The notes: generated by a model from the sequence alone, not told the origin. A stretch of DNA of 63,163 nucleotides from Candidatus Micrarchaeota archaeon (GCA_028867435.1 JAGWGI010000004.1:1-63163); one strand, 5' to 3'. Counted from the stretch's first letter, positions 37,667 to 48,157 are shown. Program-made: numbers and translations.

Positions 37667-38385
37667 TCTCCCCAGACATCAGCCTTGATATTTTTCTTGT
37701 CAACTCCAAGAGAGATCAGCGCAGCTTCTATTGCTTTTGTGAACTTGAGCGGCCCGCAGATATAACAGGTCCTCTCAGCTGCGTCTAGGACGTGGCGCTC
37801 TATCATCTGCGCGTCTATGTGCCCGTGCTCGCCCTGCCACCGCATGTCTTCATCTGTCTCCTGCCTTGTCACAGATACTACGTAATTAAAGTGCATAGAC
37901 TTCTTGTAGTCCTCAAGCTCCTGCTTTCGTATTATTTCTTCCGGGTGCCTTATGCTGTATATAAGTTCAACATCGGTATCGTACTTCTTTTCCCCTATCA
38001 GCCTGAGCATCGAGAGGAACGGGGCAAGCCCAGTGCCTCCTGCCACGAAGAGTACCTTTTTGTTCTCTGCGGGTGTGTACTTAAACTGGCCGTAGGGCCC
38101 CGTCACAAAGTATACATCTCCAATTTTCGCGTCATCGAGCTTTGAAGTGAACTTCCCATGTATCATGCTTATCGCGAACTCAAGCTCCGTGTCATCGGGC
38201 CTTGAAGCGAGGGAGAACGCCCTGCCAATCTCCTCACCAGTCTGCGGATTTCTGTAGTGGAGCATTATGAACATCCCAGGATCAAAGCTCAGAGTGGAGC
38301 CGTCCTGGGCCCTGAACCTGAAAAGTGTAACGTCAGGCGTCTCTTTGGCTATCCCAGATATCACATAAGGCTTCTTGTTTATCAT
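37663..38385 (-). CDS. FAD/NAD(P)-binding oxidoreductase (FNR-like)
   Basis: RAFSLAS, GPYGQF, AGGTGLAPF, YICGP. Confidence 0.9.
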   Translation of the reverse strand: MINKKPYVISGIAKETPDVTLFRFRAQDGSTLSFDPGMFIMLHYRNPQTGEEIGRAFSLASRPDDTELEFAISMIHGKFTSKLDDAKIGDVYFVTGPYGQFKYTPAENKKVLFVAGGTGLAPFLSMLRLIGEKKYDTDVELIYSIRHPEEIIRKQELEDYKKSMHFNYVVSVTRQETDEDMRWQGEHGHIDAQMIERHVLDAAERTCYICGPLKFTKAIEAALISLGVDKKNIKADVWGE

Positions 38386-38431
38386 AAAACCAATCCGATT
38401 AAGGGCCAACAATATATATTACTTTTCTGTT

Positions 38432-38737
38432 CTACTCCACGTCCCTGAATGCGTCGTAGACGTCCTTCCAGTTCAAGGCCCGCCTCTGCGCCCTGTCCTG
38501 CGCCTCAAAGATCATCACGTACTTGGACGCTGTGACCTTGTTCACGTTGCATTTACGCTCCACATAATTAACGCTAGGATCCTGATCGTAGGCTCTGCGC
38601 AATGCCTTCACATCCACCCTATTGGGCCTTGCATTCTTTGCCTCGTGGCTATCTAGGTTTGCCCGCTGCTTAGGCGTAAGGCTGAGCGTATAAACACCTA
38701 GAATAGTATTGTGCTTGCAAGGTATAAATACTTTCAA
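38432..38737 (-). CDS. Hypothetical protein
   Basis: Short ORF with a possible HTH; start unclear. Confidence 0.4.
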   Translation of the reverse strand: MKVFIPCKHNTILGVYTLSLTPKQRANLDSHEAKNARPNRVDVKALRRAYDQDPSVNYVERKCNVNKVTASKYVMIFEAQDRAQRRALNWKDVYDAFRDVE

Positions 38738-38754
38738 TTGGATTTGTAGATAGT

Positions 38755-39228
38755 ATGAAACTAGACCAGCTTGATCTCAAGATACTAAGGCTGCTTCAGG
38801 ATCCTGAGATGCTCACCCCCAAGCTCACAAAGATAGCAAAGTCCGTGGATTCGACCAACGCCACCATATACAGAAGGATAGAGGTTCTCAAGAAGGAAGG
38901 GGTAATAGTCGGTCACACCACGCAGATCGACATGAAGCTGGTGGGCAAGAACATAGAGGCATTTCTCTGCGTTCGTCTTGTAAAAGGGGTAGAAAAGGCC
39001 GAAGCAGATAGGATCACCAGGAAAATTTCAGAACTGGAAGGTATCGAGGCCGTGTATCTTCCTATAAGCCACTGGAACTATCTTGTAGTAGCAAGGTTCT
39101 CCAATATAGAGCAGCTAAACAAGCTGGTACAGGAAGAGCTGCGCAAGCTGCCGATAGAGGAAGTTGAAGTCGAACTGCTTTCAAAGACTGCAAAAGAAGG
39201 CGCAACGATCTCAAATTTGGATAGGTAG
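38755..39228 (+). CDS. Lrp/AsnC family transcriptional regulator
   Basis: LDQLDLKILRLLQ, HTH IYRRIEVLKKEGVI, C-terminal RAM domain. Confidence 0.92.
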   Translation: MKLDQLDLKILRLLQDPEMLTPKLTKIAKSVDSTNATIYRRIEVLKKEGVIVGHTTQIDMKLVGKNIEAFLCVRLVKGVEKAEADRITRKISELEGIEAVYLPISHWNYLVVARFSNIEQLNKLVQEELRKLPIEEVEVELLSKTAKEGATISNLDR

Positions 39229-39555
39229 CTAATTGCCGCCCAGACCCTCAACTATCCTCTCGAACTTCTCCACTGACTTTATCACATCCTTTAGCTTCGG
39301 GTTTATGCTGTATCCGAGCCCGTAGCCCCTGTCCGTCCTGATGTGCGTTGGTTCGAGCACGTTGAGCTGCATCGAGAGGTCTCTTAGGGTTATTATCAGG
39401 GTCTTTCTTGTGAACTTTCCTCCAAGCTTCTGATAGAGCTCTCTTGTAGTCCTTGGGGACTTTTCCATAAGCAGTTTGAGGACCGCATAATTGGGTCTAC
39501 TGAGCAATTTTCGTACTTTCCAGATTTCGTCCTGTTCCCTCTCCTTTCCAACCAT
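39229..39555 (-). CDS. Winged-helix DNA-binding protein
   Basis: LLSRPNYAVLKLL..TRELY..TL...LRDL helix pattern; divergent from the pilus cluster. Confidence 0.65.
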   Translation of the reverse strand: MVGKEREQDEIWKVRKLLSRPNYAVLKLLMEKSPRTTRELYQKLGGKFTRKTLIITLRDLSMQLNVLEPTHIRTDRGYGLGYSINPKLKDVIKSVEKFERIVEGLGGN

Positions 39556-39707
39556 AGCTATACATTCCCATCAAGTTATATAAAGATATATTTATTTTAG
39601 AGCGAGAAACTATTGTCTAATTTTTGCATTACTTTTAGAAAGGTATAAAAGGATTGTTCTATATATCATAGTATCATAATATATACTTAAGTAATCAAAT
39701 TGATATT

Positions 39708-41219
39708 ATGAAATACTTTCCTTTCCTGGCATTTAGGAATAAGCGGGTGCCCGAAGGCAGAAGTAGCGCCATTAGCTTCAGGCTTCTTCGGGAAAACCTC
39801 ACCTCGGTTTACGAAAAAGTGGATTTTCCCATAACCCACACGATAGGCAGAAGCAGCAACCTGAATCTTTATCTGGTGGGCCAAGAGCTTGGAGAATTCA
39901 GCACGCAGGCTTTGCAGAAAATGGGGGTTGCAAAGGCTAAGGTGATAGACCTGATGTCCCAGACCTGCGGGGTTTCCCTTCCAGAGAGCATGGAGAGGGC
40001 AAAAGGGATTGCATTCTCAGACTTGTCCAAAAGTCTTGGCCTTGAGCTCTCAGAAAAGCTTGCCTTGGCAGTGGCCCACGACACTGCGGGTTACGGTCCC
40101 CTGAGCCTGCTGCTGGAAGACAAACAAAATATAGAGGAGATTGAGATTAACACCCCAGATTCCCCAATCTACATCTACCACTGCAGGTACGGAAGATGCA
40201 AAACCAACTTGAAGTTCGAATCAGAGCAGGCGTTCCGCCAGTCTATAAACAAGCTGCTCTATGATACCGAAAAAGAGCTCAACGACTCGACACCAATAAT
40301 TGACGTCCAGGTGGGCGGGGCCAGAATTCACGCGCAGATAAGACCTTATGCAGTAAATGGTGCATGCGCAACTATAAGGCTGGGGGACAGAAAGGAGAGT
40401 GGTTTAGCATATCTATCTAAGAAGCACGTAGCAAATTTCGATACCCTTGCATACCTCTGGCTGGCTTTGGAATCGAAAATGAACCTGGTGATATCAGGGG
40501 CTCCAGCATCTGGGAAGACCACACTACTCATAGCACTCCTCTGTTTTGTGCCAAGGTATAGCAAGGTCATAACCATAGAGGAAGATGTCAACGAGCTTAA
40601 ATTCTATTCAAATGTGATAAGCACGGTGTCGCTTCAGGGATCGCGCTACGGCAATTCTGTAGGAACTAGGGAGCAGGTGATAAACTCACTTAGGATGAGG
40701 CCCGACCTGCTTGTTGTTGGAGAGATTCGCGGGGCTGAGACCAAGGAGCTTTTTGGCGGGGCGAATTTCGGGATACCCTTCATGACAACTATGCATAGCA
40801 ACGACGGTGGTATCTCGATAATCAAGAGGATGCTGACCAGGCCGATGAGCGTGGAGCCTGAAGCTATAAGCTCTATGGATATTTCGGTACAGATGAGCCA
40901 CAAAGACATTGAATCAAGGCAGATCGACGAAATGACAGAGTACAGGTGGCTGAGCAGGGCAGAAATTCTGGGTGGGGGGATCCAAGTAGGCGATGACATG
41001 GTGAAACTGGATACGATCCTCACAAATTCCTCGATCAACCCCAGGGCTCTCGCGGAATCAAAGGTGATCCAGAAATATTCAAAAATAACCGGCGTATCCA
41101 AGGCCAAAGCGCTAGAGGAGCTGCGAAACAGGTCAGAGTTTCTTTCTAAACTAGTCTTGCAGAGCAGGCCCACCCTAGAGTTAATCGAAGCAATACAGAG
41201 CTACTGGGTGCCTAAATGA
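39708..41219 (+). CDS. Type IV pilus/secretion ATPase (TadA/FlaI/VirB11 family)
   Basis: GYGPL..LLED..IEEI, GAPASGKTT, TIEE, LRMRPD..VGEIRG.E, TTMHS. Confidence 0.92.
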   Translation: MKYFPFLAFRNKRVPEGRSSAISFRLLRENLTSVYEKVDFPITHTIGRSSNLNLYLVGQELGEFSTQALQKMGVAKAKVIDLMSQTCGVSLPESMERAKGIAFSDLSKSLGLELSEKLALAVAHDTAGYGPLSLLLEDKQNIEEIEINTPDSPIYIYHCRYGRCKTNLKFESEQAFRQSINKLLYDTEKELNDSTPIIDVQVGGARIHAQIRPYAVNGACATIRLGDRKESGLAYLSKKHVANFDTLAYLWLALESKMNLVISGAPASGKTTLLIALLCFVPRYSKVITIEEDVNELKFYSNVISTVSLQGSRYGNSVGTREQVINSLRMRPDLLVVGEIRGAETKELFGGANFGIPFMTTMHSNDGGISIIKRMLTRPMSVEPEAISSMDISVQMSHKDIESRQIDEMTEYRWLSRAEILGGGIQVGDDMVKLDTILTNSSINPRALAESKVIQKYSKITGVSKAKALEELRNRSEFLSKLVLQSRPTLELIEAIQSYWVPK

Positions 41220-41908
41220 GAAGCGAGATAGTAACCACACTGGCCTGCTCCTGTCTCCTCTCCCTGTTTCTAATTTATCTCAACCGCCCGGCTCCACTCA
41301 CGACCATGATTATGCTTGGGTCCCTTTCGACCCTCTTCTGCTTAACAGTGCTCATGCTCCGCAGGTCTGTCATCCGCTCCTATGATAGCAATCTACTCTG
41401 CGAAGACCTTTTTGGCTTCATAGGCCGCATAGCGCACTACAAATCCTGTGGGGTCACTACCCCAAACTCGATTTCGAACTCGATTGCACAGTCACATACG
41501 GCAAAGACAAAGGGCGCATTCCTCAGAATATTGCGCATGATAAGGCTGGGAGAGGATTTCCAGTGCGCTTCAATGATTGTATTAGCCTCCCTAGGCTCCC
41601 CCTACCAACCGATCAGCATCGGAGAATCGCACATCCAGCTACAGCAGGCATTCAACTCTTATAGCGAAATGAAGCGAAGCAGGGCTTCTACAGCGCTTGA
41701 CACCCTTCAAAGAGGCGCAACAATAAACATGTTCCTCTCAACAATACTGCCCTCTTTCCTGCTTTTCATATTTGTCGGCTCTGCAGTGCTTTCAGAATCT
41801 GGGGGCAGCATTATTGCGGTATCCATAGCCCTATTGATACTGGTTCCACTGTTCTATGCATTTAGCAATGCTATTTTTGTACGGGGATTTATTGAAGTTA
41901 CAAGATAG
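41216..41908 (+). CDS. TadB/TadC-like pilus platform membrane protein
   Basis: TM pairs flanking a soluble GspF-like region; coupled to the ATPase. Confidence 0.6.
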   Translation: MRSEIVTTLACSCLLSLFLIYLNRPAPLTTMIMLGSLSTLFCLTVLMLRRSVIRSYDSNLLCEDLFGFIGRIAHYKSCGVTTPNSISNSIAQSHTAKTKGAFLRILRMIRLGEDFQCASMIVLASLGSPYQPISIGESHIQLQQAFNSYSEMKRSRASTALDTLQRGATINMFLSTILPSFLLFIFVGSAVLSESGGSIIAVSIALLILVPLFYAFSNAIFVRGFIEVTR

Positions 41909-42542
41909 GATATCGCAATTGCTGGCCAGCACAAGATATTCGCAGCCAAGCCCTGCAATACTCGTGGAAAGCGTGTTCCAGAGCTACCTGGCCTGCGGTA
42001 AACCGATAAAAGCGCTCGAATCCGCAATTGCCGCCTGTCCAAGTTATAAGTGGCTTAATCCAATTCTCGCAAGGTGGAAGATGGGTGACTTTTCATATGA
42101 TAAGGAAGGGATGACCGACGAGCTTGGGGAATTGCTTGGGATAATAACTGTTGGTGCTTCCAGCGGCGCGCGAATAAAAACTGCACTGGAGAATCTATGC
42201 GCAAATCTTGCCTTGAGCAGCGAATTAGATAGAAAGATCAAGGGGAAGGTAAATGGCATGCAGACTATTTCCATGGCCGGCTTGGTTTTCTTCTTCCCAA
42301 TATTTGGCGGAATAACCGCGACAATAATGCAAAGCACCATTTCGGGCCAGCAGTCAGTCACAATCTCGCACTACATGGTGCTTGCCGGAATCGGATACGT
42401 CCTCCTGATGCTGCTTCTCAACACCCTTATGACCAAACCAGACAAAAGCAGAGCCTCTCTGGCTAGATCTGTGATCCCCCCATTCCTGTTTTCCATGGCC
42501 CTCGAACTGCTTACTTACCATCTTGCATCTTACGCTATATAG
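41856..42542 (+). CDS. TadC/GspF-like pilus platform membrane protein
   Basis: SSGARIKTALE.L..FFPIFGG plus C-terminal TMs; start uncertain. Confidence 0.6.
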   Translation: MHLAMLFLYGDLLKLQDRISQLLASTRYSQPSPAILVESVFQSYLACGKPIKALESAIAACPSYKWLNPILARWKMGDFSYDKEGMTDELGELLGIITVGASSGARIKTALENLCANLALSSELDRKIKGKVNGMQTISMAGLVFFFPIFGGITATIMQSTISGQQSVTISHYMVLAGIGYVLLMLLLNTLMTKPDKSRASLARSVIPPFLFSMALELLTYHLASYAI

Positions 42543-42616
42543 GTGAAAAAATGAGCATACGAATACATCCAGCATTCCTGACAGAAGGGAAGGCGATACT
42601 CGCAGTTGCGAGGTCG

Positions 42617-42808
42617 ATGAAGGGACAGGGCTCCTTGGAGTACATAATGATGCTTGCTGCCGCAAGCCTTGTCATAGCCGTCGCGCTTGCAATGGTGGTA
42701 AAGCTAAAAGGAGCTGCGATATCCAACATGACCTTGAATGGAACGTCCATGAGCGTATCTGGCGCCATCTCACACGAGCTCTCCTCCATAGGGGCAAACG
42801 CGGTGTGA
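42617..42808 (+). CDS. Class III signal-peptide pilin (probable major pilin)
   Basis: MKG^QGSLEYIMML with +1 Gln and +5 Glu, then a hydrophobic helix. Confidence 0.85.
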   Translation: MKGQGSLEYIMMLAAASLVIAVALAMVVKLKGAAISNMTLNGTSMSVSGAISHELSSIGANAV

Positions 42809-42811
42809 ACG

Positions 42812-43180
42812 TTGAGAGCCCAGCTATCTTTCGAATTTCTTGTCTACCTCTCCCTAGCTGGGCTATCCCTTCTGTTTTCCGTCTCCCTGCTCAGCACAAG
42901 TTCCCACTCCATATACAATAAGGCTGGCTACTACTGGGCATCCGCACTTGCTTACAAGATAAACGATGCCATATTATCTGGCCCATACTTGAATTTCAGC
43001 ACGTTTCTTCCGCAGGGAATGTGCAATTCCTCAATAAATGGAGCGGTTCTGCATACGGAATATGGGGACTTTAACATTGCGAGCAAGGTTCTGGCAGAGG
43101 GCAAAGTTTTCTGCCCCGATGGTACAGAGGCGAATTTTGAAATGGGCTTCGCCAACGGCACAAGGCTGATCAGGGTGTAG
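42812..43180 (+). CDS. Prepilin-like protein
   Basis: RA^QLSFEFLVYL class III signal. Confidence 0.8.
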   Translation: MRAQLSFEFLVYLSLAGLSLLFSVSLLSTSSHSIYNKAGYYWASALAYKINDAILSGPYLNFSTFLPQGMCNSSINGAVLHTEYGDFNIASKVLAEGKVFCPDGTEANFEMGFANGTRLIRV

Positions 43181-43182
43181 CT

Positions 43183-43401
43183 ATGTTCCTGCAGGTAAGC
43201 GTAGAGGTGCTGTTATCGATGTCCGTGGTACTTGCAGTAGTACTCTTCGCAGCCGTGATGATGCACAGCATGCAGCACTATTCAGATAGCTACAAATCAG
43301 CGCTCTCAAATTATTCATGCGAATCAGAGTCTTATCTGCAAGGCCTATACCGTACATGCTCATTGTGCATAATCTGGGAAAGTGGTGGTAGTGCATGCTA
43401 A
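43183..43401 (+). CDS. Prepilin-like protein
   Basis: QVSVEVLL plus hydrophobic helix; atypical residues before the cleavage site. Confidence 0.6.
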   Translation: MFLQVSVEVLLSMSVVLAVVLFAAVMMHSMQHYSDSYKSALSNYSCESESYLQGLYRTCSLCIIWESGGSAC

Positions 43402-43751
43402 GAAATAAAGGAATGCTTGTGTCCCTGGACCTGCTAGTATCGCTTCCGGTGATTTCCGCCTCACTACTGCTAATATATCATGGTCTGGCAGGCGGCCTTT
43501 TGCAGGTGCAGGCCATTGCCAAGTCCCAAACTGCAACTCTTAACCTATATGAAAAGTCGCAGGTGGCAATCTTGCTAAGCCAGCAAGCCACTCTAAATCT
43601 TTCCGGTTTCTCTCTCTACCTATCCTATCTCAACTCTGGCGGCCTGAACTTCTCACTAATCGCCCAGTATCCGAACTTTACTTGTCCCTACAGTAGCGTA
43701 TGCCGAATAATCGTTCTCAGGGGCAAGGCTTACTTTATGGTGGCTAAATGA
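43395..43751 (+). CDS. Prepilin-like protein
   Basis: NKG^MLVSLDLLV class III-like signal. Confidence 0.65.
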   Translation: MLRNKGMLVSLDLLVSLPVISASLLLIYHGLAGGLLQVQAIAKSQTATLNLYEKSQVAILLSQQATLNLSGFSLYLSYLNSGGLNFSLIAQYPNFTCPYSSVCRIIVLRGKAYFMVAK

Positions 43752-45019
43752 AGATGCAGACCAGCTTGGAATTCATAATACTGCTAAGTGCGGTGAGCAT
43801 GCTAAGCCTTTTTGTCATTACCTCATACAAGACCAGCATAATTGGCAATGAGAAGATATTAGGTTCACTGTTACAGAACGGTACGCCAAGCCACAATGCA
43901 AGTGCAGGGGCTGTGGCGCAGAATATCTTGATGGACTTCTATATGCCCACAAGCTCCTACATTGGAAAGCCAAATAACATGCAGTTTGCAATCTTTGGCT
44001 GTGGCAATGGAAATTTTTCAATAAGTTTCCATTCCACTTCCATCACAATTCCAGACAATTCCCTACAATCAAACCTATCCGGACTTGGTTTATACTCACT
44101 ATACTTCACCCCCATGTATTCCGGTTACGATACAATAAACGCATCTGGGATGATTTCCTGCGGCAACCTCACCAGAAAGATATCCTCAAGCCTTATCACC
44201 TATGCAATTGTCCAGAATTCGGCTCCGTCAAACGGCTTCCCTCAAGTCTCTGCACTTATATCTGGCAGAAACGAGTCAGTAGCCTACAAGATACGCAGTA
44301 CCTCCAGCCTGATGGGCATGGAAGAGAGCAACCATTGTACTGAGCGCAATGTCTACGGGGTGCTTCCTGACAGCGCACAGTGCGGAATAGGCTCCTGGGG
44401 CTATTCAGTATTCTCCGAATACTGCTATACCGAGAGTAACTACTATACTATGACCTACTGTGTCGATCCAACTCCTATCAACTATTCTATCGGGATGATA
44501 AGCCAGGATTCCTTGCTTGCCTATAAATTCAACCTTACAATCTCCTCAGGTGACTTCTCGGCAGAGGGGCAAATATCTAATAGTTCTAACGAAACAATGT
44601 ACTCAAGAGGGCAAGCTGTAGGCTATGCTAAGGTCATCAACATATCCTTACTCGGCAACCAGCCCAACGCATATTTCCTGATAGGCAAGTCAAAAACCAA
44701 TCTTACAAGTCCCAGCGCATACCAGAACTATGTCCAGGCAGAGAACAACATGTATGCCACTATGGGCTTCTATAACGGTTCCTATGTCTCTACCGACACG
44801 CAATCCATGCTCGAAGAGTCTGTCAGCGCATATATCCAGGCCCTTGATACTCTTCTGAACACAACAGAAAGCCCAGTCGCCTGCAGGCTCATGGAAAATA
44901 CTTACGCATGCAATCCCGAAAGCCCCTTCATGTACCTGATAAATTCTACTTTGAAAGGGGTGGGCTCGAACTCTACTGCGGAGTATCTCGGCTCAGTGGT
45001 AAATGTCAGGGAAGGGTGA
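43748..45019 (+). CDS. Large prepilin-like protein (candidate adhesin)
   Basis: KM^QTSLEFIILL; Asn/Ser/Tyr-rich, several Cys, many N-glycosylation sequons. Confidence 0.75.
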   Translation: MKMQTSLEFIILLSAVSMLSLFVITSYKTSIIGNEKILGSLLQNGTPSHNASAGAVAQNILMDFYMPTSSYIGKPNNMQFAIFGCGNGNFSISFHSTSITIPDNSLQSNLSGLGLYSLYFTPMYSGYDTINASGMISCGNLTRKISSSLITYAIVQNSAPSNGFPQVSALISGRNESVAYKIRSTSSLMGMEESNHCTERNVYGVLPDSAQCGIGSWGYSVFSEYCYTESNYYTMTYCVDPTPINYSIGMISQDSLLAYKFNLTISSGDFSAEGQISNSSNETMYSRGQAVGYAKVINISLLGNQPNAYFLIGKSKTNLTSPSAYQNYVQAENNMYATMGFYNGSYVSTDTQSMLEESVSAYIQALDTLLNTTESPVACRLMENTYACNPESPFMYLINSTLKGVGSNSTAEYLGSVVNVREG

Positions 45020-45419
45020 TCAAATAAAAGCTCAATTCGCATTCATAGAATCATTAATCTCCCTCGTCCTTGTAATCACTTCCCTATATTACATCTCCAT
45101 GGGCATTAGCAATGCGGTATCTGCATGGTATTCAGGAAAGCAAGAGCTCTCCGCCAATGTGGCCATATACGATTTCTCCTACGAAACTGCACAGAACAGC
45201 TCAATGAACTCCTGCATTTCCTCAATTTTTTCAACCCCGAATCAGAGTTGCATAAATCACTACATCTCCGAATACAAGAAAATCTACGGAATCAACTTGC
45301 TTGAACTAAAGGCGCCCAGGGCAGCATTTGGAGACCAGGTAAAGCACGGGGTAACGGGCTGCCTTGCATTTAGTGAAAGCAATTCAATCGAGCCATTATG
45401 CATAATCATAGGTGTATAG
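45003..45419 (+). CDS. Prepilin-like protein
   Basis: KA^QFAFIESLISL class III-like signal. Confidence 0.7.
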   Translation: MSGKGDQIKAQFAFIESLISLVLVITSLYYISMGISNAVSAWYSGKQELSANVAIYDFSYETAQNSSMNSCISSIFSTPNQSCINHYISEYKKIYGINLLELKAPRAAFGDQVKHGVTGCLAFSESNSIEPLCIIIGV

Positions 45420-45695
45420 ATGTCGGCTTATGGCATGTTCCTCCTCATAACTGCGGTTTCCTGTGTAATTTTGGTCAGTGAAGTCTATGGCAGCCTGCAG
45501 TCTCTATCAAGCATCCAAATCGATTACAGTTCCCTTGCCTCAATTGTAAGGTTAGGATATCTTCACTCCACATCCCTTTCGTCTAATAATTCAACATACT
45601 CCGAATATCTCCTCGAGATGGATTCCCAGGGAATTTCATACACTCAAAACCATGCATATGCAGGAGGTTACGGAAACGCTAAAAATACCACATGA
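45420..45695 (+). CDS. Small membrane or pilin-like protein ending the pilus cluster
   Basis: N-terminal hydrophobic helix; directly abuts the previous gene. Confidence 0.55.
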   Translation: MSAYGMFLLITAVSCVILVSEVYGSLQSLSSIQIDYSSLASIVRLGYLHSTSLSSNNSTYSEYLLEMDSQGISYTQNHAYAGGYGNAKNTT

Positions 45696-45731
45696 CTTAA
45701 GACTAATAAACCCCAAGCTCAATATCATCTC

Positions 45732-46220
45732 ATGAAATATGCCCTCCTTTCCGACTCCCATGACAACCTTACAAACCTCCAGGGAGCAATAAGGATCGCA
45801 AAAGGGCTAAAACCCAAAGCCCTGATCTTTCTGGGTGATTTCTCAACATCCGCATCTTTCGACTGCCTTTCACAGGCAGGGTTGCCGCTATACTTCGTTT
45901 TCGGCAATGTCGAATCCGAAGTGGAAAAGATAGTAAACAAGGCAAAGCTGATGGATAACATCAGATTTGGAATGGAGATACTGGAGTTCCGTCTCGACCA
46001 GAGGAATATTGCAATATGCCACAAGCCTGAGCGCGCATACGAGCTTGCATTCTCAAAGAATTACGATGCCGTGTTCCATGGTCACACCCACAAGGCAAAA
46101 TCCGAGATGGTTGGGAATACCTTGCTTGCAAATCCGGGAGAGATATTTGGAAGACTAGGGAATCCAAGCCTCGGAATCTACGATTCAGCAGAAAACAGTA
46201 TCAAAATAATAAAATTCTGA
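45732..46220 (+). CDS. YfcE/MJ0936-family metallophosphoesterase
   Basis: SDSHDN, LGD, VFGN, HGHTH, NPG. Confidence 0.92.
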   Translation: MKYALLSDSHDNLTNLQGAIRIAKGLKPKALIFLGDFSTSASFDCLSQAGLPLYFVFGNVESEVEKIVNKAKLMDNIRFGMEILEFRLDQRNIAICHKPERAYELAFSKNYDAVFHGHTHKAKSEMVGNTLLANPGEIFGRLGNPSLGIYDSAENSIKIIKF

Positions 46221-46251
46221 GCCGTCTATCCAAAAGTATTTTTATTGTGTA

Positions 46252-46986
46252 ATGCAAGAAAGATGCGATAAGATGCCAAAAGAGCCCTATGCAGAATTTG
46301 CATATTTCTACGATAAGACTATCCCAGACAAGTGGTATCTTGGCTACTATAGAGTCATAAAAGGCCTCTTCAACAACCTCAATCCAAAGCCAAGAAGAAT
46401 ACTGGAACTAGCATCCGGAACAGGCCGCATGCTTAAGTTGCTATCAAAAGGTGGCTACGATGCAGAAGGGCTTGACCTCTCTAAAAGCATGCTGAGCGCA
46501 GCCCGCAAAAAAGGTCTGAGAGTGCATTATGGCAATATGCTTAGATTTAAACTCAAAAAGGAGTACGATGCAATTCTATGCCTGAATTACTCTCTTAATG
46601 AAATAAAAAGCGCCCGGGATTTAAGTAAGGTCTTCCAAAATGTAAAGGAGCATCTTGCACCAGATGGCGCTTTCATATTCGATATTGAGACTACAGAATC
46701 TGCGGGGATTGGTAACAAAAAGGTAGAGGTGAGTACAAGCGAATCTGGAGGTCTAATCATAACATTCTCTAACGTCGCCAAAGGAAGCGCCAGGAAAATA
46801 ACATTCGATGTTTCAGATAAGTATTCCAACGGGAAACGCTATCATGTAGAAATAGTGACGAGGGCGTACCCAAAGAAAGAAATAATGCAAATATGTCGCA
46901 AGAACGGCCTCAAGATGCGCAGTATAAAATCTAAGTACGACAACCTCTTCATTTGCATAAATCCAAGAAGTTCTACAGCTCTATAA
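46252..46986 (+). CDS. Class I SAM-dependent methyltransferase
   Basis: ILELASGTG, GLDLSKSML, HLAPDGAFIFD. Confidence 0.9.
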   Translation: MQERCDKMPKEPYAEFAYFYDKTIPDKWYLGYYRVIKGLFNNLNPKPRRILELASGTGRMLKLLSKGGYDAEGLDLSKSMLSAARKKGLRVHYGNMLRFKLKKEYDAILCLNYSLNEIKSARDLSKVFQNVKEHLAPDGAFIFDIETTESAGIGNKKVEVSTSESGGLIITFSNVAKGSARKITFDVSDKYSNGKRYHVEIVTRAYPKKEIMQICRKNGLKMRSIKSKYDNLFICINPRSSTAL

Positions 46987-47512
46987 ACATTGGCTTCCTG
47001 TTGCGCATAGCTTGTTCTATAACCTCTTTCACATCCTTTTCCACTATGGCATTGATGAAGATGGCATAGCCAAGCATGTGTGCCTTTTCTAGGTTCTTAA
47101 CACCCCTGAGATCTGCCCCTAGAAAGTAGGTCCCACCAAGGAATGCGCCATCGAAATCAGAGCCATTAAGCTTGGTCCTGTTGAAATAAGTATTGCACAG
47201 GTAGGAGTTCTTGAATAGAGCATCTTTGGCTTCGGCATCTTCAAAGTTTGCACCCCTGAGGTCAGTCTTTTCGAATTTTACACCATTAAGAGCAGACCTA
47301 TTAAATTCCGCATCGCGCATGTAACTACCATCCAAAGCTCCCCCCGTAATTTTTGATTCTATCAGCGAAACATCACGCATGTCCAGATTCTTTAGGGCGA
47401 GTCCCTTGAGGTTCATCGAAACCTGAAAATCTGTTTTGGAGAAATCTTTTCTCCCCACATTTATCTGCCTCAAGAATTCTTCCTTTCCCACCTGTTTCGC
47501 AACTTTTTGCAT
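46973..47512 (-). CDS. Pentapeptide-repeat protein
   Basis: Repeated A(D/N)(L/F)xx units such as TDLRGANFEDA and ADLRG. Confidence 0.85.
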   Translation of the reverse strand: MQKVAKQVGKEEFLRQINVGRKDFSKTDFQVSMNLKGLALKNLDMRDVSLIESKITGGALDGSYMRDAEFNRSALNGVKFEKTDLRGANFEDAEAKDALFKNSYLCNTYFNRTKLNGSDFDGAFLGGTYFLGADLRGVKNLEKAHMLGYAIFINAIVEKDVKEVIEQAMRNRKPMFIEL

Positions 47513-47541
47513 GAGCTCACCAATAGAATGTCATTTCTTTA

Positions 47542-48140
47542 TCAGGATAGCATCCCTTTCTCCTTAAGCGATTCGTATATGTGGCTGTATATAGCGTGGG
47601 TGGCACAGTTCTTGTATCCACCCTCCATCCCCAGCCTGTAATACATATACCTGTCATACACGCACCCCCCGCGGCATTTTGCAAACCATGGGCAGCCCTT
47701 ACACATTTCCAAGCTTTTCAACTGCTTGCCTATCGCAGCCCTTTGCTTTTCCACTGTAAATACCTCGTCAAAGGAGTCAATTTCGTTTATCCTTGTGATC
47801 AGATGCTCCGAATTTGAATACGCCCTTGGATATTTGTCACAAGGCTGGATTGTACCATCTGGGTATAGAGTAAACACCGCATTCGCACACACTCCCTTGC
47901 CTATCTGGCAGATCTTCGATACCCTACCTGCAAGCGTCCTTATTATATCTTCAAACAGCATGATGTGCACTTTCGGATCATCAAGGCTGAACCACGCATC
48001 GAAAAGATTTTTAAGGAAAATTGAATATCCCGGTGAAAAATATATGTCCTCAGTCAACTGTTTTCCGTCGCGTCCAAATACTGGTTCCTGCGGTATGAAA
48101 TCGAATGTGTTTATGCCATTCCCAACAAAAAAGTTGAAAA
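47542..48140 (-). pseudogene. 5'-truncated radical SAM/SPASM protein
   Basis: SPASM cysteines (CQIGKGVC, PDGTIQPC, CKGCPWFAKCRGGC) but no CxxxCxxC core; 5' boundary approximate. Confidence 0.75.
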
Positions 48141-48157
48141 GTGGCCAAATTATCAAT

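Noticed and set aside
39708-45695. Archaellum operon
   Set aside because: No FlaB-like archaellins or FlaH/F/G; the pilins are of the QxSxE type
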